From: Podarcis liolepis
Lineage: Eukaryota
Length of the DNA: 64,000 bases
Assembly: GCA_965112155.1 (NCBI GenBank)
Contig: OZ218101.1
Direction: 5' to 3' (one strand)
Part shown: positions 61,464 to 64,000 of the stretch, one piece after another
Layout: each line of letters begins with the position of its first letter
Position numbering within the stretch: position 1 is the first letter of the stretch
Position numbers and translations under genes: made by a program
Notes under the pieces: generated by a model
Databases searched by the model: none
The model's input: only the letters and a program-made list of their open reading frames with translations
What the model was told of the DNA's origin: nothing

Positions 61464-62744
61464 TATTGCATTATGCAATATCTGAGCCTTACTGTATTGC
61501 TAAAGGAATCCTTCTGTAAGTTGTTGACACATGCCTGTTTGTTGGATGGAAGAATGAGTACCATTAACAAAATTATGTCGATGTCAGATTTTTGTGGCAA
61601 ATTCAATAAAAGTCAACTCAATATATGAGGCTGTGACTCATTTATTGGTGGGGTGCCTTCTCCCCCCTTTCCCCTCCCTTTTGCTCGCTCGTTTTCTTTG
61701 ATTTTTTTGGTATAATTATACATCTGCAATCAACTGTCAAAAGCCTGCTGCAAACATAATAGACAAAAGCAGCTAGCAAAATTGGTTTGTGCTTCTTGAT
61801 TGCAAATGAGTCTTCCGCTACAGATAGTTCAAGTAGCAGTTTTCATAAACAGTTCAATTTCTGATCTTTTTAAGGCCTTGGTCTCTTTTCTATTAATATT
61901 TGTGTGTGTGTGTGTGTGGAGGCATTATCATCAAGCCGGCAATCTACCAAAGATTTCAAAATGGCATGGAAATCAGTAATCACACATGATGAAAACATTT
62001 ATGATATTACATTACGTTCATTTTAGATCATTGGCAGACACATTTCAGGAAGGAGAACAATATTATACAAATTCTAGTGCTCTAGTAAACAAAGGGATTT
62101 AAACACCCTTGGCTGAGGCTGCTGGTAATATCCTCAGCTAAACTACCAATCATAATGTTTTAAAATCAAATTAGGATTTTCTTTTCCTCTTTGAAACAAT
62201 TCTGTGAGTAATAAACAATAACTTAAGCCCCCTAGCTTTTTTTTATATTGCCTCTCAGTGCAATAGGCATTTATTATAAACAATCTAATTCGCATATCAT
62301 GTTATCCTGTCGAGAGAATGTAAAGAACTGATTTGGTATTTCCCCAGCAGGAGAAAACCTAGCTATGAGTGAGGAAAAGACTCAGCTGAGAGCTAGTTTT
62401 CTTACCTTCCTTCCTGTCTTAGGAATCAGCCAGTCGCTTCAGATCTCCTGGAAAACATTCCTCCTTGGCCCAAAACAAAAAATGCACCACAACTTAACTC
62501 TTTCACAGAGTGACATATATATGTATACAGTCTCAAGGACTGAAGGAGTTGGTTTCTCTTTTCCTCCTCAAGGCCTAGGTTAGCCAGGGATGGGGAACAT
62601 CATACCCAAGGGCCAAATGCAACCCTCCAGACTTCTCTATCTGGCCCTTTGAACTCTTCTCAGGCTACATCCTTAACTTGCTTTGCATCTTCCTTGAGTC
62701 AAGGAATACGTCTTATGAAGTACAGAAGTCACCAGAACGTTCTG

Positions 62745-63362
62745 GTGCATTCTAAGGTTTTAAAAGTTGAGACCACATAACACCAGTCCTGAACGAATTA
62801 CATTGGCTCCCAGTATGTTTCCAAGCACAATTCAAAGTGTTGGTGCTGACCTTTAAAGCCCTAAACGGCCATGGCCGAGTATACCTGAAGGAGCGTCTCC
62901 ACCCCCATCGTTCAGCCCTGATACTGAGGTCCAGCTCTGAGGGCCTTCTGGCGGTTCCCTCCCTGCGAGAAGTGAGGTTACAGGGAACCAGGCAGAGGGC
63001 CTTCTTGGTAGTGGCGCCCGCTCTTTGGAACATCTTCCCATCAAGGAAATAAACAACTATCTGACTTTTAGAAGACATCTGAAGGCAGCCCTGTTTAGGG
63101 AAGTTTTTAATGTTTGATGTTTTACTGCAGGCATAGGCAAACTCAGCCCTCCAGATGTTTTGGGACTACAACTCCCATCACCCCTAGCTAACAGGACCAG
63201 TGGTCAGGGATGATGAGAGTTGTTGTCCCAAAACATCTAGAGGGCCGAGTTTGCCTATGCCTGTTTTACTGTGTTTTTGAATTCTATCGGGAGCCGACCA
63301 TAGTGGCTGGGGAAACCCAGCCAGATGGGCGGGGCATAAATAATAAATTATGATTATTATAA
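62745..63362 (+). mobile_element. L2 LINE 3' fragment interrupted by a hAT MITE
   Basis: [25 protein letters not shown]; 3' UTR resumes after 63271. Confidence 0.85.
63128..63263. mobile_element. hAT MITE (palindromic)
   Basis: TIR CAGGCATAGGCAAACTC; 8-bp TSD ttttactg. Confidence 0.9.
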
Positions 63363-64000
63363 TATCTCAAGTCTTCTCCAAAGCAGAGAGAGTACAGCTG
63401 CTGTTTACCAAGCTGTGAGCTATCTCTATACTTTGAGGTTATTTCCTCCAGATAAAGCCTGTATGTACTGTCCACTGGGGAACTCTGTTATTCTCCCTCT
63501 CTTCTTTCTGACTGGACTGTTCTTACTTTCGCTTTTGTATTTATATTTATATTGTGTGGTGTGATTTTTCTACTGCTGAAAATTGGATTTGCACTACATG
63601 AGCTAAGTTTTGCCTTGCAAGGGAGCTAGCAACAAACTGTATGTTTTATACCTTAGTGGATCTTTTACCAAAGACAACTTCGGCTTTCTGTGTGTTTTTG
63701 GAATCCACGCGTCTGAAAATTACTGCTACTCTGCTGATCAAATGAGACTGGGAGGGTCTTTGGTCTTCAGCACAGTTTTCTCGTCAGTATTTTGCCTAGC
63801 TGGAATGCGTCCCTGAACACTGATAATGCCTCATTGAACAGATAATAAAGAGTGGTATGAGTGCTTCACAAAGGCATACCCTCCAACATGTTCCCTCATG
63901 AAAGCCAAAAACAATGGACAAAAGCAGAGGGGCAAGCGGCGGCAGGGAGGGGGCAAGCGATGGAGTCAGTGGGATGGTGGGGGAGTGCCCCGAATTGCCA

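Noticed and set aside
57000-64000. 3' exons of the neighbour expected from mammalian synteny (ATP12A)
   Set aside because: No P-type ATPase-like coding sequence recognised in this stretch.

Overview
Eukaryotic (squamate/lizard-type) genomic DNA. Sauria SINEs, BovB and squamate-style MITEs point to a lizard. Two convergent, tail-to-tail multi-exon genes dominate. CENPJ (CPAP/SAS-4, + strand): the last 13 coding exons, 529-14406, with the 5' part upstream of the window. RNF17 (TDRD4, - strand): an apparently complete gene of 35 coding exons, 56704->16373, about 1567 aa with five Tudor domains, plus a predicted non-coding last exon near 14895 and a CpG-island promoter at about 56.0-56.95 kb. Exons were traced by hand from GT/AG sites and frame continuity. 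Introns are rich in TEs: L2, L1, BovB, CR1, SINEs, TcMar and hAT MITEs. Main observations: (1) A young Penelope-like retroelement family occurs four times, each copy carrying a minimal hammerhead-ribozyme motif. One copy has a GIY-YIG endonuclease ORF missed by the ORF track, and two are TSD-flanked fold-backs. (2) The predicted RNF17 has no cysteine in its first ~220 aa, so it appears to lack the RING finger it is named for. (3) A MITE is inserted inside an RNF17 splice donor. (4) The two genes' 3' ends nearly abut. (5) Exon-like segments suggest a possible divergent transcript from the RNF17 promoter.
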